From Leptospiraceae bacterium (GTDB lineage Bacteria > Spirochaetota > Leptospiria > Leptospirales > Leptospiraceae), in contig JADJFV010000035.1 of assembly GCA_016708435.1 (NCBI GenBank), positions 128,001-192,000 on the forward strand: a stretch of DNA of 64,000 bases. The letters run 5' to 3'. A program made the position numbers and the translations under genes. The stretch's first letter is position 1, and every line of letters begins with the position of its first letter. Below the pieces are notes generated by a model. The model saw only the letters and a list, made by a program, of their open reading frames with translations. It made no database searches and was not told the DNA's origin. Positions 30,684 to 39,769 of the stretch are shown here, in pieces.

Positions 30684-31754
30684 TCAGCCTTGCTCTCTTT
30701 CTAAAAGGCTATTTAGTAAATCAGGACTGATGTTTAGGTTTCCAATCTTCTGTGCATTCTTCGCAAGGTCACGCATAGCGCGACTGACGATTTGTTGTGA
30801 ATTCATCTGATTAGCCGCTAAGACTTCTAATAGCTCAGGGCTAAGTCCTGCAAGAGCGTTAAGCTCTAAGCGTAAAGCTTCTCCTTTTGCTTTGGAAGCC
30901 TGAATTGTATTTTCGGATTGGTGGCTAACAAGTTTTTTGCGCTCTTCTTCTCTTAGAATTTCTGCTTTTAATCTTTGGGATTCAATTTCATCTTCTTTTT
31001 CTTGCATTGCCATTTGTGAATTCATTCTAGCTTCTTCTAAGAGACTTTGTTTTTCTTGAACGGCAATTTCTATATTCATTTGCTCTTCGCGGATTTTGCG
31101 ATTTTTTTCTTCGATTGCGATTTGTGTTTGTAATTCGTTTTCTTTGATTTTACGCTCTTGCTCTACTGCAAAATTTCTTCTTACGTAAATGGCTTCGTCT
31201 GCTTCTTTGAGGAGTGTTTCTCTCGCACTTGCTTCGAGGGCTCTAGACATTTCGGGAGTAGGACTTACCTTTAGAATGGCAAAGTCTACTACTTCGATTC
31301 CGAGTGCGGATAAGGATTCGTTATCTTTCAGTCTGGATTTAACATGAGTGACTAGCTCACTTCCTGACTTGAGGGCAGTGCGAAGATCCATACCGGAAAG
31401 CTTTTCGCGAATCGTTACTTGGATAACGTTTGTTAGCCGGACTGGAAGTTTTTCAAATCCATCTCCTGTGTAACGACCATTAGCATCTACGGCAAAATCA
31501 AGTAAGCCGGCAAGTTTTGTGGGTTGTAAGACTCGATAGGTGAACTGACCCTGAATGTTTATTTCCTGATAGTCAATTGTAGTCTCTTTGAAAATAAACG
31601 GCGAATCACAACTAGCCGCAGGAACAATGACTACGTTAGCAGAAGGAGCATAGTAAAAAAAACTAAGACCTGTTCCTTCTGCACGAATTTTACCTTTGCG
31701 ATAAAGAATTGCATAATCGGTAGGACGAACTTTTATAAATCGAATTCCAAACAT
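30684..31754 (-). CDS. SPFH/band-7 (prohibitin/flotillin-like) domain protein with a C-terminal coiled coil
   Basis: N-terminal SPFH core followed by long E/K/Q-rich heptad-like repeats. Confidence 0.6.
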   Translation of the reverse strand: MFGIRFIKVRPTDYAILYRKGKIRAEGTGLSFFYYAPSANVVIVPAASCDSPFIFKETTIDYQEINIQGQFTYRVLQPTKLAGLLDFAVDANGRYTGDGFEKLPVRLTNVIQVTIREKLSGMDLRTALKSGSELVTHVKSRLKDNESLSALGIEVVDFAILKVSPTPEMSRALEASARETLLKEADEAIYVRRNFAVEQERKIKENELQTQIAIEEKNRKIREEQMNIEIAVQEKQSLLEEARMNSQMAMQEKEDEIESQRLKAEILREEERKKLVSHQSENTIQASKAKGEALRLELNALAGLSPELLEVLAANQMNSQQIVSRAMRDLAKNAQKIGNLNISPDLLNSLLEREQG

Positions 31755-31796
31755 GGATTCATTGTGATTACAAAAAAAACTCTGTCAAGTGAAAAA

Positions 31797-32663
31797 CTAT
31801 TTCTTCTCAGGAATCACAGAATCTAAAAAGTTTTTAATATCGTTTAAAACAATTTCTCGATTTTCAGGAAGTTCATTCATCAGCTCATGATAAAGACCAG
31901 TATAAATTTTTAAAGTCTTTTTATTGGAAGTTATATGGCTATCTAATTCGATACTTCCTCTTGCTTCAGCAATTCCATCAGCATCTCCGTGAATCATGAG
32001 AACAGGAATTTGGAGGAGCTTTGCTTTTTCAAAAATAGCATACGATAGGTGAAATAGATGATTTGCCATTTGAAAAGAAACTTTACCATGGTTGAGCGGA
32101 TCTTTCTTGTAATCCTCAACTACCGCTTTATCATGACTTAGTAAATTTACATCGATATTTGCATCTACAACAAATTTAGGAATAAATTGAGCAAAGATTT
32201 TAGCTAGCTCACGTTTAAATAATTTCTCCAAATCAAATTTAACTTTTAATGCGGGGGAACTTACGATTAGCCCATGCATCTTATCCTGGTTGTGGACTTC
32301 CAAGGCAAATTGTAAGGAAATGACTCCACCTAATGAGTGACCTAATAAAAAGAATTTTTCTTGTTTTTCCTCTGCTAGAGCTATGTGAACTAAATCAGAC
32401 AAGTCTTCAACATAATATTGAAATTGATCTACGTGCCCTCGAATTCCTTCCGATCTTCCATGACCTCTTGCATCCAATGCGTATATGGAAAAATCAGAAT
32501 CTTTTAATTTTTCTAAAATATTTTTATAACGATCACTATGCTCTCCAAATCCATGTTGTATAATAAGGAGTCGATTTGCATTCGGCTTTTTCCAAGATTG
32601 ATAAAATATTTTTGTATTGTCTACTGAGGAATTAAAGCTGCTTTGTTTGTTCGTGTATGTCAT
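31797..32663 (-). CDS. Alpha/beta hydrolase (lysophospholipase / monoglyceride lipase-like)
   Basis: 'IIQHGFGEHSDRY' and the 'GHSLGG' nucleophile elbow; 288 aa. Confidence 0.7.
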   Translation of the reverse strand: MTYTNKQSSFNSSVDNTKIFYQSWKKPNANRLLIIQHGFGEHSDRYKNILEKLKDSDFSIYALDARGHGRSEGIRGHVDQFQYYVEDLSDLVHIALAEEKQEKFFLLGHSLGGVISLQFALEVHNQDKMHGLIVSSPALKVKFDLEKLFKRELAKIFAQFIPKFVVDANIDVNLLSHDKAVVEDYKKDPLNHGKVSFQMANHLFHLSYAIFEKAKLLQIPVLMIHGDADGIAEARGSIELDSHITSNKKTLKIYTGLYHELMNELPENREIVLNDIKNFLDSVIPEKK

Positions 32664-32863
32664 AATATCCTTCTTTTGGTATTATTAACAATTTTTTTAA
32701 TTTTGAGTAAATCGTATACTTAAATTTGATTGAATCTGAACAAATATTTGTTTGGTAGTCTTGTCATTCCCTGATATCTTTTAGAAGGGATCTAATTGGA
32801 AATCTCAACTCCTTCGATATGGCAAATAACATTATACTACTTTACACTGAATGGAAGGAATTG

Positions 32864-34264
32864 CTACTTTATCAAAAAACAATTCCCATTAGTTGTAAGA
32901 GGCATTACAAACATATCAAATTTTCCTTTTGAAGTATTTCCGGCAAATGCGCCCTCTGTTTGTCCGGAGATATAAATATTTTTGTTCAAACCAGTTGCAA
33001 CACTGAAACCATAATCATTGTTAGCCGTTCCATATAATTTTACTAAGAGTTTTTGACCCGATGTATCGTATTTTGCTAGAAGTATATCATATCCACCTGC
33101 ATTTGTATTCCCATCTAAAGTAGAACTATTACTTGATCCTGTAAGTATAAGATTATTTTCAGGATCAATAACAATATAACGGAATATATCATCATTAGTT
33201 CCCCCGATTTGACGAGACCAAATTTGATTTCCTGACGAGTCATATTTTAAAATCACTGCATCGCTACCGCCTAATTGTGTGTTGCCGCTTAGACCGCCAG
33301 TTACATAACCCGATATATAAATGTTTTAGCTTTTATCAATGACTATGCCGGAGGAGCTATCATCACCAGCAGTCCCAATTAAACGGGTCCAGAGTAGATT
33401 TCCTGAAGAATCGTACTTTGTCAAAAATATATCCGAGCCCCCAGCATTTACATTTCCATTTAGATTCCCGTTCGTGATACCAACTACATAGATATTTCCA
33501 CTATCGTCTGTTGCTACTGAATATGCAAAATCATCGCTTGAAGTTCCAAGCAATGTAGTCCACTGTCTTGTTCCAAGGGAATTAATCTTCATAAGAAATG
33601 CGTCTTGTCCTCCTAAGTTTGTATTCCCGTCTAAATTACCATTACTAGCACCTACAACGTATGAATTACTCGAACTATCAGTCGTTAGTCCGAAGATGAT
33701 ATCCATACCAGAAGTTCCTGATTGGTATAACCATTTTTTATTTCCATCGGCATCATAAGAAGCAAGAAACAAATCTAAACTACCCGCATAAACATTACCG
33801 TCGATAGAGCCCTGAACCGCTCCTCCCACATAAAGAGTATTTTTTGTGTCAATTGCTAAACTAAAACCATAATCGTTTAAAGCACTACCAAATTGTTTAA
33901 TCCAAGAAAGGTTACCGGCTAAATCATGTTTGGCGATAAAAAAATCAGAGGCACCAATGCGTGATTCACTATTGATTGCGCCGGACGCATAGCCAGTTGA
34001 ATACAATGCATCCGTTGAATTAAACACAGTATCAGCGATTCCATCATCTGCTTTAGATCCTCTTTGAGCTATGGCACAATATTGAGTAGGATTCAAATAA
34101 TTATAAAGAAATATGTAAGCAGTTAGTTTAGGTCTGACAGAATCAGAAATAGTAAATAGATCGCCCTTTTGCTTTTGCCCACAAACTATAAAAAATAAAG
34201 GAAAAATTATTATCAGGTTAATCATTATAATGCGTTTCATATATACTATTTCCATTCTATCCAT
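32864..34264 (-). pseudogene. SBBP (beta-propeller) repeat lipoprotein interrupted by an in-frame TAA
   Basis: The 312-aa and 130-aa ORFs are in the same frame, separated only by a TAA at 33324-33326 ('...GIVIDKS*NIYISGYVTGGLSG...'). SBBP 'YDSSGN.LW..Q.G' repeats run across both. Confidence 0.55.
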
Positions 34265-34355
34265 TTTTAATGTTTACTTTAAGAATAAAAGCCTAAAAAA
34301 AACTCTTCTTATTTTAGTGAAATGCGAACAGAACGGCGATGACAATTCTTCAAAT

Positions 34356-35201
34356 TCATTTTATCTTACAACTAGCCATCGCCGGCAAATGAGATGTAAC
34401 CGTTTCGAATTCTTTTTGTCCACCCGTTACACTTGGAAATTTATCTAGACCTAAAACTTTTCCAGAACAATTTAATTGGGTAATCTTATCGGTGAAGATA
34501 AGATCATTTTTCTCACCCGTGAATGTAGTTGGCTCCGTGATTAGATTTTTTAGAATTTGAAAGTATAGTAGGGATTTTAGGAAATTCTCTGTGTGGTATT
34601 TTTTATCTGTATAAAAATCTCCACCGAAGAAAGTTTTTCTCTCGGAATACTTTTGATACGCAAAGTTTACAACTTTTTCAAAGTCTATAAGCTCGCTTTT
34701 GTTTCCGGCACTCGCATGAAAGGGCAATACGGAAACCTTTGCTCCATTGGTTAACTCTAAAAAGAAAAAAGTAGGTGGGGATGCAAAGTCATTTCTGGCT
34801 TCTGGATATTCTAGTGGAATCATGTCTACAACCTTGTCTTTATTGACGCAGGTTGTATTTTTTGTATGGTTTAGAATTTGATTTCTTTCGTCGAGTCTGG
34901 GAAAACTATCTGCACAGGAATAGTTTAGATTTTCTTTTGCATAAAAACTTTCTAACTCAGTGGATATATTGTCGTTATCCGTTCTAAGTCCTACTAACGA
35001 AATCGAATCACATTTTTTTGTTAATTCGATTAAGTAGTTATTCTTTCCAGTCCAATCTGTTAGTTTCTTGGGAGTTAATTTTTCTAGATTCCAAAAGCAA
35101 ACGGAAAATAAAATAGGTTTCGATTTGCCTTCGAAGTTTTCATCTACAGTAACGCATTGAGTTAAAATTAGAATAATCAGGATTATCCAGTGCTTTCTCA
35201 T
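34356..35201 (-). CDS. Lipoprotein with weak endonuclease/exonuclease/phosphatase (DNase I-like) features
   Basis: Lipobox 'LTQC'. 'CFWNLE' near the N-terminus, 'FGGDFY' (GDFN-like) and C-terminal 'TSHLP' (SDHxP-like). Confidence 0.35.
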   Translation of the reverse strand: MRKHWIILIILILTQCVTVDENFEGKSKPILFSVCFWNLEKLTPKKLTDWTGKNNYLIELTKKCDSISLVGLRTDNDNISTELESFYAKENLNYSCADSFPRLDERNQILNHTKNTTCVNKDKVVDMIPLEYPEARNDFASPPTFFFLELTNGAKVSVLPFHASAGNKSELIDFEKVVNFAYQKYSERKTFFGGDFYTDKKYHTENFLKSLLYFQILKNLITEPTTFTGEKNDLIFTDKITQLNCSGKVLGLDKFPSVTGGQKEFETVTSHLPAMASCKIK

Positions 35202-36298
35202 TTCTTAAGATTTACAATAGCGGATAATTGCTCTAAGATTCCACCGCTAGAAGAAAGAGAAATCGAATTTACCTTTTCTGAAATTTTTTCAATGTATTCT
35301 AATTCTTTTAGGCGATAGAGAGTTGGGTTTTCTTCCATGAGTTTTGCTGTGTTTAATAAACTGCGAGTAGAAGCTGTTTCTTCTCTACGGGTAATGATAT
35401 TTGCCTGTGCTTTTTTTTCTGCAATCAATACAAGGTTAAGAATATCTTTTATTTCTCCGGGGAGGATAATATCTTTTACCCCCGCGAAGGTAAACTCAAT
35501 TCCGAAAGTGGATGATTTTTCTTTTAGTTTAGATAATACAAAGTCACCAATTTCTTGTTTCTTTTGTAAAAGCTCATCTAGCTTGAGAGAGCCAATGTAT
35601 TCACGAAGACTGAGTTGGAGTAAAATATAGATTTGCTCCTGATAGTTTTTGATTTCCATAAATTTCATTGGGTCAATGATTTTATACTGCGAAGTGAAAT
35701 TTAATCGGAGAGTAATTTTATCTTCTGTCATCAACTCTTGTCCATTGACATCAAGCTGTTGTTGTCTCAAATCAATTTTTACAACGTTAGTCGTCACAAC
35801 TCCCGCCCAGAAATAGTATTTGCCAGGCTTTAAAGTTGCCTGATATACTCCATTAAAATACAAAAGTCCCGCTTCGTGATTCTCAACTTGAAAGGCATAA
35901 TAATAACCCTGTAGTTTTAAGTTTGTGAAAATGGATTGTTGGAACTCTTCACTCGGAATTGGATTTCGCGTGTCGATTAATCTAAACTCATGTATCTTTA
36001 AAACATTCCAATACGCATAACGTCCTGGCTTTAGCACTTCACTTAGTAGATTATCTTCATAGTGAAGACAGATTTCAAAGTCTTTTACTTCTACAATTGT
36101 GAGTTCGGCTAATAACGATTCGTCTTTAATGAATAGATTTAAATTCTTACTTGTAAGAAATGGTTTATTCAAATCCATTCTGATGAGTTCGTGTCCTAGA
36201 AATGCGGATAATAGATGTTTTCCTGGCTTAAGAGTTTTGATATAATTTCCATCTTTAAATAAAAGTCCTCTTTCGTCGTTATGTATGAGTGTTAGCAT
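35198..36298 (-). CDS. SPFH/band-7-like protein with N-terminal triplicated 'LKPGK.Y.W' repeats
   Basis: The C-terminal about 180 aa resemble the SPFH core. The N-terminus has three similar about 60-aa repeats. Overlaps the downstream gene (ATGA). Confidence 0.45.
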   Translation of the reverse strand: MLTLIHNDERGLLFKDGNYIKTLKPGKHLLSAFLGHELIRMDLNKPFLTSKNLNLFIKDESLLAELTIVEVKDFEICLHYEDNLLSEVLKPGRYAYWNVLKIHEFRLIDTRNPIPSEEFQQSIFTNLKLQGYYYAFQVENHEAGLLYFNGVYQATLKPGKYYFWAGVVTTNVVKIDLRQQQLDVNGQELMTEDKITLRLNFTSQYKIIDPMKFMEIKNYQEQIYILLQLSLREYIGSLKLDELLQKKQEIGDFVLSKLKEKSSTFGIEFTFAGVKDIILPGEIKDILNLVLIAEKKAQANIITRREETASTRSLLNTAKLMEENPTLYRLKELEYIEKISEKVNSISLSSSGGILEQLSAIVNLKK

Positions 36299-36540
36299 TA
36301 TGCTCTCCTTATAAAATTCAAATAGAGAGAAAGAAAAATCCTCCCGAAAAGAATACGGAATAGAGATTAAGATAAAACCCTAAGCACCGGTTCCAAAGGA
36401 ATGGGTGAAGTCAGATTCAATCGGTATCTGCTCTACTGCAAAGTTTTTTCCTCGGCGCTGGCAAATGCAAAGTAGCCGCAAAGGTCAGCATGAGAATTTT
36501 TCTTTCTCTCGGAGTTTTGGTTTGTTGACAGATCCATAGT

Positions 36541-36600
36541 CTGGTGCCTTAACCACTTGGCTATATCCCCTGAGAGATAGTAGGATTCGAACCTACGTTG
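36541..36600 (-). other. Rearranged tRNA gene fragments (T-arm/acceptor 3' half placed 5' of an acceptor/D-arm 5' half)
   Basis: The minus strand reads ...CAACGTAGGTTCGAATCCTACTATCTCT-CA-GGGGATATAGCCAAGTGGTTAAGGCACCAGACTATGGATCTG. The T-loop GGTTCGAATCC and the D-arm are canonical but in permuted order, so no intact tRNA is formed. Confidence 0.4.
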
Positions 36601-36745
36601 GATTCATACTTTGCAACCGCCAAAATACTGATTCTCGATGTAAGAGTAAAAGTAATGCTAGATCTTTTTGAAATCTAAACGTCACAGCAATTGCTAATTA
36701 CAAACCCAAAGTTAATTTCTTTGAGCTAGTGAGATTTGGCAAGAA

Positions 36746-37612
36746 TTACTTCTTTGTGAAATTTTTCTTTTGTAAGTTTTTAATTTGGTGAATGGAAAGA
36801 CCGGTGACTTCGGAAATAAAATCAGGCTTAAGATTTTTAGAAAGCATGGTCTGAGCAATCTCAATATTTCTTTGTTCAATTGCTTCTTCTTTTGATTTTT
36901 CGAGTTGGTATTCCGTGCGGGCTGCATAGTCTCTTTCTGTTTTGAGCCATGCTTCGTAGTATTCACGAGATTTCTTATCATGGGAAACAAACTTCAATTC
37001 GTCTAAAGCTTTTTTAATTTTAGGATTTTTCTTTTTTAAAGTCTTCATTTGTTCCCCCTTTAATTTTGTTGCTTCTTTTAGCAGATAAACCCAGTCATCC
37101 AAAGGACTTTGCGATGAATGGAAAGTCTTTATATATTTAGGTAATTCTATGATGTAGATGTTTAAATTATCTGTCAACAGAATTTCAGGCTTGTTTTTAT
37201 CAGAAATCTGAAAATACCATAGGAATTTTTCTTCTTTCGGGAATATTTCAAAGTTCACAAAATTGAAAGAATAAATTCTAGGAAGCTCTGAGTATTTTTG
37301 ACCCTTCGAAATTGACTTTGAATATAGTTTCGCCCAATAGTATAGAATTCTCTGGGAGAAGAATTTTTGATAAGAGGCTTGCATTTCGATCAGGAATTTA
37401 TTACCAGTCGCATCAACTGCTTTAATATCCAACACAATTACTTTTTCTGTATTCCTATCTTTTGGAATTTCTGGATTCAAAACTTTAAGGCTAACAATGC
37501 GTTTCTCCTTTTGGAATTCTGGAAAGGAATTCAGAAGATTCATCAATACATCTTCATGCTTGGAAAAAACTGCCTTAAATACGAAATCATTTGTAAGAGG
37601 AAGGAGCTTCAT
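36746..37612 (-). CDS. Rpn/YhgA-like recombination-promoting nuclease / putative transposase (PD-(D/E)XK)
   Basis: N-terminal 'LTNDFVFKAVF' (family hallmark) and the nuclease core; 288 aa. Confidence 0.65.
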   Translation of the reverse strand: MKLLPLTNDFVFKAVFSKHEDVLMNLLNSFPEFQKEKRIVSLKVLNPEIPKDRNTEKVIVLDIKAVDATGNKFLIEMQASYQKFFSQRILYYWAKLYSKSISKGQKYSELPRIYSFNFVNFEIFPKEEKFLWYFQISDKNKPEILLTDNLNIYIIELPKYIKTFHSSQSPLDDWVYLLKEATKLKGEQMKTLKKKNPKIKKALDELKFVSHDKKSREYYEAWLKTERDYAARTEYQLEKSKEEAIEQRNIEIAQTMLSKNLKPDFISEVTGLSIHQIKNLQKKNFTKK

Positions 37613-38139
37613 TCTGCGCAGAATTATAGCATTGCGGCTAATGGAAATACTATTTTGAAAAAAGTTTGGTTTATTACATAGTTTGACAAGTTTTTGTCGC
37701 TAGAGCGTAATCTGATTCAATATACTTCCGATAGCCTGTCGTTTACTCCTCTTCGGTCTACCTGCGCTTATTTCTACGGTGATTTTGCGGTGTAAGTTGG
37801 GGTGGGTAACCGATGTTAGACCGAAGCTATAAGCGTAGCTAGACCGGGGGAGAGTAAAAGGAAGCTGAAAGGAATCCCTTTCTAGATACTCGAAGAAATG
37901 AAATTCATTGGCTCGAATTTTTATGCTTTTTATTGATTTTGTTCATTTCCTCGACTATGATAAATATCATAGTCGAGAAAATTTCAAATTAATAAAAAAA
38001 TCTTTGACTTTTTTGAAAACCATTACTCTAACTACTAACACAGATTTATAGAGGAGACGAATTTTTCAATTCAGGTAACCTATAAATCAAAAAGCATACA
38101 TATAAATATCGATTAAAAACAAGAGGATGGAAAATTACT

Positions 38140-38715
38140 ATGAACAGAGAGTTAATAAATATTAAAGGAACACATGAAAAAGTAGAATTTGAAAGTATTT
38201 TAAATGTGCACGGAAAGAACGAAGAAGGACAGACTCCTCTTCATATGGCGGCAACTCGCGGTCATATTGAGTTAGTTGCTTCGCTAATTGAAAGAGGAGC
38301 TGATCTAAATCCTAAGAGTAATTTTGGTTATACCCCGCTTCATTATGCTGCCAACCAAAGTGGTGTTGATATTGCAAAGCTTCTAATCGATAATGGTGCC
38401 GATGTGAATGCAAAAAGCGATTTCGAATATACTCCCCTTCATTATGCAGCACATCATGGCAAGACAGAGATTGTTAAACTTCTTATTGAGAAGGGAGCTA
38501 CTATCAGCAGGCAGAATATGTTTGGTTTCACTCCTCTTCATTATGCTGCAACACATGGACGAGTCGAAGCCGCTAAAGTTCTGGTTGAAAAAGGTGCTGC
38601 TTTGCATCTCGAAGATGAAGATGGGCATACTGCATTGGAACTTGCCAAAAAATCTGGTTATGCCCAAATCGCTGAAATGATTGAACGCACCATGAAGAGA
38701 TCTAAGCTTATTTGA
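38140..38715 (+). CDS. Ankyrin-repeat protein (paralog B)
   Basis: Five ANK repeats, about 55 % identical to 29013..29660 over the repeats and the C-terminal tail. Confidence 0.85.
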   Translation: MNRELINIKGTHEKVEFESILNVHGKNEEGQTPLHMAATRGHIELVASLIERGADLNPKSNFGYTPLHYAANQSGVDIAKLLIDNGADVNAKSDFEYTPLHYAAHHGKTEIVKLLIEKGATISRQNMFGFTPLHYAATHGRVEAAKVLVEKGAALHLEDEDGHTALELAKKSGYAQIAEMIERTMKRSKLI

Positions 38716-38716
38716 A

Positions 38717-39358
38717 TTACTGATTAAAAAGCGGTTTGAGAATTTGTGTTCTGATCTCTTCCGCTTTTTGAGTTTCCCCAAACATTTTCCCCTCGTGATC
38801 GACTAGAAAGAAAGTATCCTTTGCTCGTTGTGTAATATTGTCTGTGTCGATGATTCCAGATAAAATATTAATTTTATTTTCTAAAAGGACCTTTGTTACA
38901 TGGTATAGAAGACCTCGACCCGAGTCAGCTTCGATATAAAAACAAGTTTGCTTTCTGTCTAATTCATCTTGAAAAATAAGCTCAGCACGCTCGCGAAAGA
39001 AATTTTTAATGATAGGTGCTTTGAATTCATGATTTAGAAAAAGCTCTTCTAGGCCTTTTCGTTTTGAAAAGATTGCGTCCATCATCAAACCAATCTCTAC
39101 AGCTTTTTTGGTTCCCATATTGGATTCTGCTTTGAGTCGAAGCGTGTCGATAGCGTATTCGGTTCCATTTTCTTCTACGGTTAGAATTTCTCCTGAAATA
39201 ATATCCCAGCCTAGAAGAAATATGACGGAAGCCATTCGGTGGAATGTCCCAATCTCTGTAACATCTGTCTTGAGTGTCACTAGAATTTCATCGTCTAGTG
39301 TTTTGTAATGGAAATCAATCATCGCATGTAAGTATTTTCTTAATACAATTATAATCAA
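38717..39358 (-). CDS. Tandem ACT-domain protein
   Basis: Two beta-alpha-beta-beta-alpha-beta-like regulatory modules ('ILVTLKTDVTEIGTFHRMASV', 'CFYIEADSGRGLLYHVTKVLLENKINI'). Confidence 0.4.
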   Translation of the reverse strand: MIIIVLRKYLHAMIDFHYKTLDDEILVTLKTDVTEIGTFHRMASVIFLLGWDIISGEILTVEENGTEYAIDTLRLKAESNMGTKKAVEIGLMMDAIFSKRKGLEELFLNHEFKAPIIKNFFRERAELIFQDELDRKQTCFYIEADSGRGLLYHVTKVLLENKINILSGIIDTDNITQRAKDTFFLVDHEGKMFGETQKAEEIRTQILKPLFNQ

Positions 39359-39371
39359 TTAGAAATTCTTA

Positions 39372-39671
39372 CTATTCTGGGAGGAACCAGGTTTCGAATT
39401 CTTTTTGGAATTTGACGGGAATGTATTCGGTGAAATGATAATTAGCAAAATCATTCTTTGCAAAAGGATCTTCCTTACAAAAATCTTTCATCGCTTCTAA
39501 GCTTTCTGCTCTTGCAATTAAGATTCCTCCATCTCTTGGATTTTGTGGACCTGAGCTTAAAAGAATTTTTCTTTGATAACCTGAATCTAAGAATTCTCTA
39601 TGCTGAGTGAGGACCGTATCAATTTTCTCTATTGGGACTTTGTATTCTAAACGGATGATGAAATGTTTCAT
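39372..39671 (-). CDS. YciI-like (Dabb-fold) protein
   Basis: 'HREFLDSGYQRKILLSSGPQ' and 'KEDPFAKNDFANY' match the YciI family pattern; 99 aa. Confidence 0.65.
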   Translation of the reverse strand: MKHFIIRLEYKVPIEKIDTVLTQHREFLDSGYQRKILLSSGPQNPRDGGILIARAESLEAMKDFCKEDPFAKNDFANYHFTEYIPVKFQKEFETWFLPE

Positions 39672-39769
39672 ATATTTCTTAGATTTTAAAGGGTAACTTG
39701 CTCTACAAGTGAAAAATTATTTTGTTTACTTTTATTCGTGTAATAGTTTGATTTACTCTGGATGGCAAT

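Noticed and set aside
36541-36620. Reading the two tRNA halves as a functional circularly permuted tRNA gene
   Set aside because: The acceptor strands pair, but the 3' half lacks an anticodon-stem strand complementary to the 5' half (CCAGA), and the 5' half is not followed by a T-arm. No complete cloverleaf can be assembled, so the sequence is a scar or pseudogene, not a functional permuted tRNA.
36712-36990. 92-aa ORF on the minus strand
   Set aside because: Fully overlapped, in another frame, by the 3' end of the Rpn-family gene. Lys/Gln-rich low-complexity translation.
38383-38781. ORFs 38383..38781(-) and 38408..38680(+) inside the ankyrin gene
   Set aside because: Embedded in or antisense to a CDS with clear ANK repeats.
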